A stretch of DNA of 64,000 nucleotides from Octopus vulgaris (GCA_951406725.2 OX597841.1:22506001-22570000); one strand, 5' to 3'. Counted from the stretch's first letter, positions 26,158-39,111 are shown. Notes: a model not told the origin generated them from the sequence alone. A program made the numbers and translations.

Positions 26158-27315
26158 GTTCTGAGCTGGCGAGCTGGCAGTAACGTTAGCATGCCGGGCG
26201 AATTGCTTAGCGGTATTTCGTCTGTCGTTACGTTCTGGTTTCAAATTCCGCCGAGGTCGACTTTGCCTTTCATCCTTTCGGGGTCGATTAAATAAGTACC
26301 AGTTACGCACTGGAGTCGATGTAATCGACTTAATACCTATGTCTGTCCTTGTTTGTCCCCTCTGTGTTTAGCCCCTTGTGGGTAATAAAGAAATAGGTAT
26401 TTCGTCTGGAGTTACGTTCTGAGTTCAAATTCCGCCGAGGTCGACTTTGCCTTTCATCCTTTCGGGGTCGATTAAATAAGTACCAGTTACGCACTGGAGT
26501 CGATGTAATCGACTTAATACCTATGTCTGTCCTTGTTTGTCCCCTCTGTGTTTAGCCCCTTGTGGGTAATAAAGAAATAGGTATTTCGTCTGGAGTTACG
26601 TTCTGAGTTCAAATTCCGCCGAGGTCGACTTTGCCTTTCATCCTTTCGGGGTCGATAAATTAAGTACCAGTTACGCACTGGGGTCGATGTAATCGACTTA
26701 ATACCTATGTCTGTCCTTGTTTGTCCCCTCTGTGTTTAGCCCCTTGTGGGTAGTAAAGAAATAGGTATTTCGTCTGCCGTTACGTTCTGAGTTCAAATTC
26801 CGCCGAGGTCGACTTTGCCTTTCATCCTTTCGGGGTCGATAAATTAAGTACCAGTTACGCACTGGAGTCGATGTAATCGACTTAATACCTATGTCTGTCC
26901 TTGTTTGTCCCCTCTGTGTTTAGCCCCTTGTGGGTAGTAAAGAAATAGGTATTTCGTCTGCCGTTACGTTCTGAGTTCAAATTCCGCCGAGGTCGACTTT
27001 GCCTTTCATCCTTTCGGGGTCGATAAATTAAGTACCAGTTACGCACTGGAGTCGATGTAATCGACTTAATACCTATGTCTGTCCTTGTTTGTCCCCTCTG
27101 TGTTTAGCCCCTTGTGGGTAGTAAAGAAATAGGTATTTCGTCTGCCGTTACGTTCTGAGTTCAAATTCCACCGAGGTCGACTTTGCCTTTCATCCTTTCG
27201 GGGTCGATAAATTAAGTACCAGTTACGCACTGGAGTCGATGTAATCGACTTAATACCTATGTCTGTCCTTGTTTGTCCCCTCTGTGTTTAGCCCCTTGTG
27301 GGTAATAAAGAAATA
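26158..27315 (+). mobile_element. S1 SINE multimer: one tRNA-like head plus 6 x 184-bp units
   Basis: A-box-like tggcagtaacgttag head; a B box (gttcaaattcc) in each unit; units start at 26212, 26396, 26580, 26764, 26948, 27132. TSD ggtatttattttat at 26144-26157 and 27316-27329. Confidence 0.92.
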
Positions 27316-27662
27316 GGTATTTATTTTATTGAACCCCAGCAAAACGATTAAAGGCAAAGTGGACCTCACTGGAATTTCCGCATGCATGCATGCATAAATG
27401 TGGGCCTACGTAAAAACGTGCACCCGTCCCACGATTTCTTCGGACTTTCTTGTTTTCGCCTTAGGAGAAAACGATTTTGCCAAATTGTCGCATTTTCAAA
27501 ATTTTACTTCCCACTCCCAATCCAATTTCTTAATTTCGGTGCTACTAGCGAAGACTGGACCTGCTGCACGCACACGCACAGTCGTGCGTCCTTGCTAGCT
27601 AGTCGTAAGTAGTCGATCCTACAACGACTTGCGCGTATGCAAATGAGTTGATTGGCTAATGA

Positions 27663-28052
27663 CTCTCTCTCTTTTACTTGTTTCAGTCAGTTGACTGCGG
27701 CCATGCTGGAGCACCGCCTTTAGTCGAGCAACTCGACCCCGGGACTTATTCTTTGTAAGCCCAGTACTTATTCTATCGGTCTCTTTTGCCGAACGGCTAA
27801 GTGAACACCAGCATCGGTTGTCAAGCAATGCTAGGGGGACAAACACAGACACACGAATATATACACGCACACACACACACACATATATATACGACGGGCT
27901 TCTTTCAGTTTCCGTCTACCAAATCCACTCACAAGGCTTTGGTCGGCCCAAGGCTATAGTAGAAGACACTTGCCCAAGGTGCCACACAGTGGGACTGAAC
28001 CTGGAACCATGTGGTTGATAAACAAGCTACTTACCACACAGCCACTCCTGCG
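27663..28052 (-). mobile_element. S2 SINE monomer (other copies ~9840-10110, 17808-18080, 30180-30330, 35070-35260, 58357-58612)
   Basis: Same head, CORE-like block and gaaacaagtaaaagag tail. Confidence 0.85.
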
Positions 28053-28468
28053 TATCTATTTTAAATACATTATAATACGTACTGATTCCAACGGTTAGTT
28101 TCAATTTTAATTCAAATTCAGTATTGTCTTTTCATTGGACATTTCTACTACTCATTCGCTCTATGCTCCTTATATGGAGCTATAACTCCAATTTCCAAAC
28201 TCATCTATAAAGGGAATGTCTCCGATACCTCTTTACTTATATCTTCAAATAACCATTGAAGCCGTTATGATTAAATATCCGACATGACACCCCATCGTTT
28301 AACGTCCGCTTTCCATGCTGGCATGGGTTGGACGGCTTCACTGAGGACTGGTGCGCCAGACTCAATCTGGACTGGCAAAGTTTCTACAGCTGGATGCCCT
28401 TCCTAACGGCAACCACTCCGAGAGTGTAGTGGGTGCTTTTTTCATATGCCACCGGCGCGAGGGCCAGT

Positions 28469-28501
28469 CAGGCAGCCCAGGTTCGATTCCCGGCATGGGA
28501 A
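28469..28501 (+). pseudogene. 3' portion of a tRNA-Glu-like sequence fused upstream of the SINE multimer
   Basis: caggcagcccaggttcgattcccggcatgggaa closely resembles the metazoan tRNA-Glu 3' end (CAGGCGGCCCGGGTTCGAYTCCCGGTATGGGAA, from memory), followed by a T-rich trailer. Confidence 0.6.
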
Positions 28502-28513
28502 TGCTTATTTTGA

Positions 28514-29236
28514 AGGCAGCGAGCTGGCAGAAACATTAGCACGCCGGGCGAAATGCTTTGCGATATTTCGTCCGCCGCTGCATTCTGAGTTCAAATTCCG
28601 CCGAGGTCGACTTTGCCTTACATCCTTTCGGGGTCAATAAATTAAGTACCAGTTACGCACTGGGGTCGATGTGATCAACTTAATCCGTTTGTCCCCTCTG
28701 TATGTAGCCCCTTGTGGATAGTAAAGAAATAGGTATTTCGTCTGCCGTTACATTCTGAGTTCAAATTCCGCTGAGATTGACTTTGCCTTTCATCCTTTCG
28801 GGGTCAATATAATCGACTTAATCCGTTTGTCTGTCCTTGTTTGTTCCCTCTGTATGTAGCCCCTTGTGGGTAGTAAAGAAATAGGTATTTCGCCTGCCGC
28901 TACGTTCTGAGTTCAAATTCCGCCAAGGTCAACTTTGCCTTTCATCCTTTCGGGGTCAATAAATTAAGTACCAGTTACGCACTGGGGTCGATATAATCGA
29001 CTTAATCCGTTTGTCCTCTCTGTGTTTAGTCCCTTGTGGGTAGTAAAGAAATAGGTATTTTGTCTGCCGCTGCGTTCTGAGTTCAAATTCCACCGAGGTC
29101 AACTTTGCCTTTCATCCTTTCGGGGTCGATAAATTAAGTACCAGTTACGCACTGGAATCGATATAATCGACTTAATCCTTGTGTCTGTCCTTGTTTGTCC
29201 TCTCTGTGCTTAGCCCCTTGTGGATAGTAAAGAAAT
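28514..29236 (+). mobile_element. S1 SINE multimer: head plus 4 more diverged units
   Basis: Head aggcagcgagctggcagaaac, the same aaagaaata|ggtattt junctions; inserted into an RTE-3'-type copy. Confidence 0.88.
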
Positions 29237-29549
29237 AGGTACTGGCAACGACCACATACACAATTACCAATATGACTCTCCTAGATCCTTTTTTTCTATA
29301 TTTCCTTCTGTTCCTTGGATTACATTTTCTTTCTTTCCGACACTGAAGTGTACACTGATATTTAGTTAATTTCAATCAATCATGAATTTCTATGATGATG
29401 ATGATTATATCACTGTACGAAACGGTTGTCTGCAAGAATTATATTTCTTATAAATTTTAACAACTTGTCTCCTCCACTTGTAAGAAAATTGATGGGATAT
29501 ATGGAACTTCATTCCATAAATTCATCATACATTATATATATATATCTGA

Positions 29550-29872
29550 GACCGCCTTCAGTCACGACACTGACAATGGGATTGCACCTAGAAAGTTACC
29601 CTCCCAGGCACAAGTCCAGGCAAGGTTGTTTATGGAAGACCAGCAGTCGCCCATGCATACCGGCCTCCCCTCTCCATGCCACCAGTGTTATCGAAGGGAA
29701 AGGCAAAGGGGCTAATACAGCTTGGCACCTGTGACATCGCAACTCATTTCTAAGGCTGAGTGAACAGGAGCAACATGAAATAAAGTGTCTTGCTCAAGTA
29801 CACAACACGCAGCCCGGTCTGGGATTCGAGCTCACAACCTCACGATCGTAAGCTCAATGCTCTAACCACTGA

Positions 29873-29877
<5 letters not shown>
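29550..29877 (-). mobile_element. tRNA-derived SINE, family S4 (related fragment ~38280-38422)
   Basis: Minus strand reads tggctcagtggttagagc...ctcgaatcccagaccgggctgcgtgttgtgtacttgagcaagacact; flanked by (TA)n. Confidence 0.72.
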
Positions 29878-29912
<35 letters not shown>

Positions 29913-31201
29913 TGCATATATGTGATGTGAGATAATAGTTTCACTATTATCTCAGTTTACAATAGAGATGTTATTGTTTCACTTTTGACATGTAATACCA
30001 AAACAGTGTAGGAAATAAGAGATTGCTCCGGGCTCGCAGTAGGCAAGAAGTTGAAAAGTTTTTCGATCCACGACACTCCATGGACCCTAAGTAGTGCATA
30101 TGTAAAACTTGAATGAAATCAGTTGGGTATTTCTCGAGTTTTAGTGACACACTTTCTCAGTTTCATATATACACATACAATGAGTTTCTTTCAAATTCCA
30201 TCCACCAAATCAATTTAGGTCGGTCAGCTTCAGGTGATATTAGAAGATAGCTGACCAAGGTGCCACGCAGTGGGAGTGAACCCAGAACCATGTAGTTGGG
30301 AAGCAAGCTTCTTACCACACAGCCACACTAATTGGTTTTAAGTTTCATAATAAAATTCATGCAAAACAAATTTAAAATCTGGAAGAAATTGCTTTTATTG
30401 AAAAATAATATCCCACAGGTAAGTTACCTGAGATGTGGTGACATAAACTATAGAGTTGGGAGGTTGTTATCACACTGTTCTACCTCCTCTCCTGTGCGAA
30501 TACATTTATAGTTAAAGAGTGTCCCTTTTCTTTCTTTGGCCTAAAAGGAGCTTTGACAATTACAGCAATTCCCTGATGAGTAGCTTAGTTAATGCCATGG
30601 AGAAAGTCCAGAACACTATCACCAATTTAGGAGGAGCTCAAAATGCTTATTGTTCTTATGAATTGTCACATTGATAGTCATACATCTATATGAATAGATA
30701 CACATTTAGTTAACACCAGAAGTACCGAGCGGTCATTTACCACCAATTCTGCTAATTACTTTTTAATTTCTACAACTGTATTGAATGTGCAATCATGAGC
30801 ATCATATCAAGTATATGTGCATAGATATATATTTTTCACATGTAAATAAATGCTAAAAGAATGTATTTTCAAATCCTTTATTCAATGCATTTGCTGATAT
30901 TTAAAATAAATTGTATTAAATAAATATTTTCAATTACACTTAAAAATGACCGCTATGGTCTTTGTAAAAAGTAAGGAATTTTGGTACTTCTAAACCACCC
31001 ATATTTGATCTAATACTCTACCTATTTTATGTTCAAACTGGCCAGAGTCGGCCTCTTACACCTACCCTACAATGTCATTCTGAAAATAAACAATCACATC
31101 ATCAAAACTCGAGAGCTATGAGATAATGCAAAACAAATTGAAAATAATGTGAATAAATAACCCTCACATTCGACAGAATACTCTGCATGGTAAAGGGTTC
31201 A

Positions 31202-31840
<639 letters not shown>

Positions 31841-33328
31841 TCATGTATGGGAACGTTTGTGAGATTTTAAATCACTTTGGTTAGAGAATGATTTACTACA
31901 GATGAGACATTGAAATGGCTTCTCCCCTGTATGAATACGTTTATGAGTAATTAGGCTATTACTCTGAGAGAATGATTTGTTACAGATGTTACACTGATAT
32001 GGCTTATCTCCTGTATGAATACGTTTGTGAGAAATGAAAGTACTTCGGTTAGAGAATGATTTACCACAGATGAGACATTGAAATGGCTTCTCCCCTGTAT
32101 GAATACGTTTATGAGTAATTAGGCTATTACTCTGAGAGAATGATATACTACAGATGTTGCACTGATGTGGCTTCTCACCTGTATGAATACGTTTATGCTT
32201 AGCTAAAGTACTTCGGTCAGAGAATGATTTACCACAGATGTCACAGTGATAAGGCTTCTCTCCTGTATGAATACGTATGTGTGCAGTCAGGCTACCTTTC
32301 TGAAAGAATGATTTACCACAGATGTCACAGTGAAATGGCTTCTCCCCTGTATGAATACGCTGGTGTATAGTGAAGTTTATGGCTAAAGTGAATGATTTAC
32401 CACAGATGTCACAGTAATAAGGCTTTTCCACTGTATGAATACGTTCATGTACAGTTAGGTTACTATTTACAGAGAAAGATTTGCCACAGATATTGCACTG
32501 ATATGGCTTTTCCAATGTATGGATACGTTTATGGTAAGTTAAAGAACTGTGGCCAGAAAATGATTTGCCACAGATGTTACACTGATATGGCTTCTCTCCT
32601 GTATGAATACATTTATGATAAGTTAAAGCACTACTTTGAGAGAATGATTTACCACAGATATTACAGGAGTACGGTTTCTCTCCTGTATGAACACGTTTGT
32701 GAGATTTTAAAACACTTTGGACAGAGAATGATGTACCACAGACATCACAGCGATAGGGTTTCTCTCCTGTATGAAGACGTTTGTGGTTAGATAAGGTAAA
32801 CTTTCGAGAGAATGATTTACCACAGATATCACAGTGAAACGGCTTTTCCCCTGTATGAACACGTTTGTGAGAATTCAAAGTACTTCGGTCAGAGAATGAA
32901 TTACCACAGACATCACAGTGAAATGGTGTCTCTCCAGTATGAACACGTTTGTGTCTAGTTAAGTTATTTTTTTGAGAGAATGATTTACCACAGATTTCAC
33001 AATGATATGGTGTCTCTCCAGTATGAATACGTTTGTGTGTAGTTAAGTTACTGGCTGCAGAGAATGATTTACCACAGACACCACAATGATATGGCTTCTT
33101 CCCTGTATGGATATGTCGGTGACTAATTAAGTCACTACTTATAGAAAATGATTTACCACAGATTTCACATTGAAATGGCTTCTCTTCCATATGAATACGT
33201 TTGTGCCTATTCAAGTGACCCTTTTGTGAGAAAGACTTTTTACACACATCAGTCACGTGATAATTTCGCCTCTCTTTTTTGTTATCTTCTGGAAAAATCT
33301 GTTCCTTTAGTTTCTCACTTTTTTCCAT
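31841..33328 (-). CDS. C2H2 zinc-finger protein ZNF-D, 495 aa, 17 finger units (first lacks Cys1)
   Basis: ORF starts MEKSEK. Compensating -1/-2 deletions near 33250-33266. Stop is TGA at the Gly position of a TGEKP linker. Confidence 0.85.
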   Translation of the reverse strand: MEKSEKLKEQIFPEDNKKERRNYHVTDVCKKSFSQKGHLNRHKRIHMEEKPFQCEICGKSFSISSDLISHRHIHTGKKPYHCGVCGKSFSAASNLTTHKRIHTGETPYHCEICGKSFSQKNNLTRHKRVHTGETPFHCDVCGNSFSDRSTLNSHKRVHTGEKPFHCDICGKSFSRKFTLSNHKRLHTGEKPYRCDVCGTSFSVQSVLKSHKRVHTGEKPYSCNICGKSFSQSSALTYHKCIHTGEKPYQCNICGKSFSGHSSLTYHKRIHTLEKPYQCNICGKSFSVNSNLTVHERIHTVEKPYYCDICGKSFTLAINFTIHQRIHTGEKPFHCDICGKSFFQKGSLTAHIRIHTGEKPYHCDICGKSFSDRSTLAKHKRIHTGEKPHQCNICSISFSQSNSLITHKRIHTGEKPFQCLICGKSFSNRSTFISHKRIHTGDKPYQCNICNKSFSQSNSLITHKRIHTGEKPFQCLICSKSFSNQSDLKSHKRSHT

Positions 33329-34080
33329 TATTTTTCCTTCAACTTCACAATATACCTTCTTTTTTTATTCTTTTTGCTTCTATAGTCTTTTGTTTACAAA
33401 TATTTCAACTGCTGTATTTCTGGCCACTGTTACCTTTGTCACAAAACAACTAAATTTATCCACATTCAATCTGCAAACAGGCTCATCTTGTAGACACTCC
33501 AGCCAGTGATGTCCAGAAGGTTTGCTACTAACACAATTCAGAGTAAATATATCAGAGGAATTCCACCAAAGATTTATAGAAACAATCTTATACATCTGTT
33601 CTGTACAATATTTTCCATTTTGGTCATTAAAAGATGAAAAATAATGAGAATGTATCTTCAGTTATGCCAATGTCATCTGATATTCTGAAATAATAAAGAA
33701 ACAACAGTGTAAGATATGGAGGCTACTTAAAAAAATACAGATTCAACATTTCCATAAAGATAAACTCTAGAAATAAACATTTACCTGAACAACAGAACTT
33801 TCTAATTTACTAAAATTTACATCAGAAAATCTTGTGTGAAGCTAACATATTTCTAAACTCCAGCTACACATTCATATTGTGTAACATTTATATGTATGTG
33901 TGTATGTACACTCATACACATACTTCAAACTACCAGTACCTTCCACTGACCATTCTCCTATGCACATGTGTAGGTAGACACACAACAGGAGCCACTCCTA
34001 CTATAAATTCTTCTGATGACCTTAAAGGATACTAAGCCCAACCACACATATAGATAAACAGCCACAACCACACACACACA

Positions 34081-34270
34081 GACACACTTGCTATCATTAC
34101 ACACACACAGAGACACACGTGCTATCATTACACACACACACAGACACACGTGCTATCATTACACACACACACAGACACACGTGCTATCATTACACACACA
34201 CAAAGACACACGTGCTATCATTACACACACACACAGACACACGTGCTATCATTACACACACACACAGACC
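34081..34270. repeat. 31-bp minisatellite, 6 copies
   Basis: Unit gacacacgtgctatcattacacacacacaca. Confidence 0.92.
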
Positions 34271-34534
34271 TGTGCGCATGACATGACCGCGTGTGTACCG
34301 TTGGAGATTTTCTTTCTCTGTCTTCCCTTCCTTCCTTGGACCTTTCCTTTTACTATGTTTCTGACAAAGAGCTCCGCTCGAAACGTTAAATCCTCCTTTT
34401 TTCTTTCCTTTCCTGAGCGTCCAATAACACTATGCTTGTTCCATGTCCTCGCGTTGTTGTGTTTTCTCTTTGTTCATGTTTGGATTAACTATATATATAT
34501 ACATATATGTATATGTACATACATATATATATAT

Positions 34535-35008
34535 AATAATAGTTATCGCCATACTAATATGGCATTCTTATAAAAATAAGAATAAAGCTGTCCGCTTATT
34601 AGCTCCATGAGGCCATCGCGTTAAGTTAGCTATTTGATACACAAACTGTATCCATATAACCTTCGAACAAGGGAGGTCAGTCGCTCCACACTACTTGACC
34701 GGCAGCTACAGACGCGTTTCGGGTATTGCCCCTTTTCAATGCATTGAAAAGGGGCAATACCCCGAAACGCGTCTGTAGCTGCCGGTCAAGTAGTGTGGAG
34801 CGACTGACCTCCCTTGTTCGAAGGTTATATGGATACAGTTTGTGTATCAAATAGCTAACTTAAGGCGATGGCCTCATGGAGCTAATAAGCGGACAGCTTT
34901 ATTCTTATTTTTATAAGAATGCCATATTAGTATGGCGATAACTATTATTTTCCGGGAACACTGCCGCTGTTCTCTTTTAGAGAGACTTAGTAATTTTAAT
35001 ATTTCTAT
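34535..35008 (+). mobile_element. Penelope-like element remnant: spacer-less 207/208-bp palindrome with a hammerhead motif
   Basis: Arms 34535-34741 and 34742-34949 differ by one substitution and one indel; flanked by (TA)n. Confidence 0.75.
34739..34778 (+). ncRNA. Minimal type I hammerhead ribozyme, U3-A8 variant
   Basis: gca UUGAAAA gggg-caata-cccc GAAA cgcg UC ugu, with palindromic stem/loop III ACGCGU. Confidence 0.6.
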
Positions 35009-35042
<34 letters not shown>

Positions 35043-36344
35043 TATATATATATATATTCTTTAACTTTTTTCAGATGTTTTGACTGCGGTCATGCTGGAG
35101 CACCACATAGAAAGTTTTCAGTCAATCAAATCAACCCTAGGACTTATTTTTTGAGCCTAGCATTTATCCTATCAGCCACATTTGCCAAACTGCTAGGTTA
35201 CAGAGACATAAACAAACCAACACTGTTTGTCAAGTGTTGATGGTAGACAAACACACACACAGTATATATCATCATCATCGTTTAACATCCATTTTCCGTG
35301 CTGGCACGGGTTGGACGATTTGACCGGGGTCTGGGAAGCCAGGAGGTTGCACCAGGCTCCAGTCTGATCTGGCAATGTTTCTACGGCTGGATGCCCTTCC
35401 TAACGCCAACCACTCCATGAGTGTAGTGGGTGCTTTTTACGTGTCACCGGCATAGGGGCCAGACGATGCAGGCAAATGGCCACGAACGGATGGTGCTTTT
35501 TATATATATGATAGTTTTAGATATACATCAGTGAAGTGGACAGGATACTGGGTTGCAACTGGATTCAGGCTTCTTGGTATTGGGACAGCAGCTATCTATT
35601 TCCACCCCTCAGAGGCGGAGTGGAAATAGATCTGTAGTGGGGGTGGGGAACAATTAGATTTTACAACTGATTACAAAATCTTTATCAGCCAAGCAAATGG
35701 CCTTCCCTGAATGCATTGAAAACATTATAACAGAATCACTATTTCAGGAAATTATCATTGTTCTCTTTGCGTGTGTAGAAAGAGAAATTTGGCAGAGGCA
35801 AGAAAAGGTGAAATTGTCTCTTCAAATTATCCAGAATTACATTTGAAAACAAATACTCAAACACATCAATATCTATCCTTCGACATCTTAAAGATCAGAA
35901 ATGCAAAAAGCTATTTAAGTATCGAATTCAAATGAAAGAGAATCAGAGAAAAATTGCAAATGATGTGAAATTAATGAATATCGAATAAATGGGGGGAAAA
36001 AAATCAACATAAAATATTTGAAGCTTCTTCACAATCCCTTTGTAGTAAATCTATGTCTGTGACTAGTTACCTAACAACTCACAAACACTTAATAATATGG
36101 ATTTAAAACAACAGAAAGAGAGAAAAATTAGTGGAAATGGTCATTACTCATTTTGCCCCACGTGAGCCATCACTTTGATAACTGAAAATTACCAAATTCG
36201 ACACTAAATGGTGGGGGGGGAAATTGATCTGGGATCCAACACAGAAAAGAATATTCATTGTTAAACATGATGAGCAATTCCCAGTCTTAAATATAATGTA
36301 GCAATACTCACAAAACAATAACTTCAAACAGATAAGAAGAAATG

Positions 36345-36850
36345 AGGAATTACTCATTTTGCCCCGCCTATTTATTTTGTCCCCGTCCCTATATCAAGAA
36401 GCAAACATTCGATAAATTATAATAAAGCATTGGATTCTCAACATTTCTGTGGTTGGAGTTTATTTTAAGAACATTTCTCCAACTAAAACACACAACAAAC
36501 TTAAAAGGGAAAACTAGGAAATTACTCATTTTGCCCCGCTTACTAATTTCGTCCCCTTCCCTATATCAAGTGACAAGCATTCGATCAATTATAATAAAGC
36601 ATTGGATTCTCAACATTTCTGTGGTTGGAGTTTATTTTAAGAACATTTCTCCACCTAAAACACACAACAAACTTAAAAGGGAAAACTAGGAAATTACTCA
36701 TTTTGCCCCGCTTACTAATTTCGTCCCCTTCCCCATATCAAGTGACAAGCATTCGATCAATTATAATAAAGCATTGGTTTCTCAACATTTCTGTGGTTGG
36801 AGTTTATTTGAGGATATTTCTCCAACTAAAACACACAACAAACTAACGTG
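36345..36850. repeat. ~172-bp intronic tandem repeat, 3 copies (also 3 copies ~25200-25760; single copies ~13376 and ~38050-38215)
   Basis: Recurring attactcattttgccccgc...cattggattctcaacatttctgtggttggag. Confidence 0.85.
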
Positions 36851-36979
36851 GAAAAACGATGGAGCGTGTAGAAGGTTGCCGCCATAGCTAGAAATAGCAG
36901 CCAAATGTCGCACACATCAAAGGACATCTGAGACACCAAAGTATTAAAAGATTAAATGTTTTCGTTGTTTAATACTTAC

Positions 36980-37142
36980 AGAAATGTCTTTATAAAGGAT
37001 GGTGTTGTTGTTATGAGTGCGTCAGGTGGAAGAGAAATGTATAATAAATGTGTTTGGGAGTGAATTGAGAGAAATTCTGGCAAGAGACGCGTCTGTCTGG
37101 ATGTGGAAAATGAAGACGGAATATGTTTAAAGCGCATGCGTA
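36980..37142 (-). promoter_or_regulatory. Putative promoter and exon 1 of ZNF-D
   Basis: agcgcatgcgta at 37131-37142; donor at 36979. Confidence 0.58.
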
Positions 37143-37758
37143 TGACAGTTTGGCACAACGCCAGCAATTTCGGGGAGCGATGGTGCGTAAGTCAATTCCA
37201 TGGACCTCAGTAGTTAACTGGTACTTATTTTGTTGAACCCCAGCAAAAAGATTAAAGGCAATAGACGTCAATGATTGGTTGAAATTGCAGAAATTGAAGA
37301 AAAAAAACAACAAATATCAGATCTTTTCGGTTTGAACGGCAGTTTTTTTCTAGCGGTGTCATATGAAATTGTCACCCATAATTATGATCCTAGTATCGAT
37401 CTATTGCATTTCAATCTGTTTTAGGGTTAGGGTTAGGGGTGGGGGGAAGGGTATGTTTTTTTTCTTCAGAAATGTAAATAAACCCAATGTGTTTCTTAAA
37501 CGTGGGACATATTCATACGGTACAGAATGATTTTTTTTTTTACCTCAATAGACGTCAGTGATTGGTTGAAATTGCAGAAATTGAAGAAAAAAAACCAAAA
37601 AAATATCAGATCTTTTCTGTTTGAACGGCAGTTTTTAACATAATTTCTAGGTAACTAAAAAAATTTAAACTTCGTATACTGGTAGAATGTGTTACATAAA
37701 ACATCTTTTTCTCTTGGCTTCATTGAGAAAATTCTAGAGTTTGTAAGATATTATTTCA

Positions 37759-37922
37759 TACGCATGCGCACTAAACGTACTTCCGCCTTCATTCATTACA
37801 TCTTAATAAATATCTCTGGTTCCAGAATTTCTCTCAATTCACTTCCAAACACATTTATTATACATTTCTCTTCCACCTGACGCACTTCTAACAACAACAC
37901 CATCCTTTATGAAAACATTTCC
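37759..37922 (+). promoter_or_regulatory. Putative promoter and exon 1 of ZNF-E
   Basis: tacgcatgcgca at 37759-37770, ETS-like acttccgcc at 37779-37787, donor GTAAGT at 37923. Confidence 0.62.
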
Positions 37923-38422
37923 GTAAGTATTAAACAACGAAAGCATTTAATCTTTTAATACTTTAGTGTCTCAGATGTCCTTTGATCTGTTCCACATTTG
38001 GCTGCTATTTCTAGCTATGGCGGGAACCTCCTACACGCCCCATCGTTTCTTCTTTAAGTTTGTTTGTTGTGTGTTTTAGGTGGAGAAATGTTCTTAAAAT
38101 AAACTCCAACCACAGAAATGCTGAGAATCCAATGCTTTATTATAATTTATCGAACCCTTGTTTCTTGATATAAGGTAAGGGACATAATTAGTAAGCGGGG
38201 CAAAATGAGTATTTTCCCGTTTCTCCTAATTTGTTTCAGATAATTGTATTGTGAGTATTATACATAAGTAAATGCACCCTTTTAAGGCCTGACCAGGTTC
38301 TTGAGCCCGTTTTCCCGGTTTCAATGTCGTATGTGTTCCCCAGCTGAGTGGACTGGAGCAACGTGAAATGAAGTGTTTTGCTCAAGAACACAACACGTCA
38401 CCCGGTCCAGGAATCGAAACCA

Positions 38423-39111
38423 CGGTACTACTAGTGAACAGTGGTCCCGGTGCGCGCACTCGCGCTAGCTAGTCGTAAGTAGTCGTTCCTAAAACGACTT
38501 TTTAACCCTAACCCTAACCTTTGTTTGTTTATAAAAGTAATTTATTTACTTTGTTCGAAAAATATTATTTAATTTTCGGCGATCTTTCGTCTCTAGTAGA
38601 CCTTTTCGTCGAATTCCGTAAAAATATTTATTTTTTTTACATATGGGCTTGCGGGAACTTTTGAAGTAATATACATACATATACACATACACCGAGTAAA
38701 AAATTTCAGTTATCTCTCTCTTTCACACATTACTCTGTCTCTTCACACACACTAACAGAAGTACTTCACTTACACAACATACTGTCTGTCTCCCACACCC
38801 CATCACACACACACACACACACACACACATGTACATCAATGCTTCCCATGCACGGTAACTTCAAAAGAACTTCCCTCGTCATACAATCGCTTTCTCTTAG
38901 TCCCTTTCGCTCTCATTACTTCAAAAGTTCCTGCAAGCCCATATGTAAAAAAAAAAATTTTTTTACGGAATTCGACGGAAAGGTCTACTAGAGACGAAAG
39001 ATTGCCTCATTTTCTTTGATATGTAATCAGCCTTTAAATACAAACATACGCGCAAGTTGTTGTAGGATCGACTACTTACGACTAGCTAGTGACTGTTCGC
39101 TAGTAGTACCG
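38423..39111. mobile_element. Outer TIR element with a short internal (CCCTAA)n, hosting the Merlin-like MITE
   Basis: cggtactactagtgaacagt...ctagctagtcgtaagtagtcg and its inverse ending ctagtagtaccg; a single end recurs at ~27537-27635. Confidence 0.7.
38578..39006. mobile_element. MITE with ~90-bp TIRs starting GG and an 8-bp TSD (Merlin-like candidate)
   Basis: ggcgatctttcgtctctagtagacc... / ...ggtctactagagacgaaagattgcc; flanks taattttc / tcattttc. Confidence 0.82.

Noticed and set aside
37420-37445. TTAGGG repeats as an interstitial telomere (also ~38503-38520)
   Set aside because: Only 2-3 units, embedded in dispersed repeat elements.
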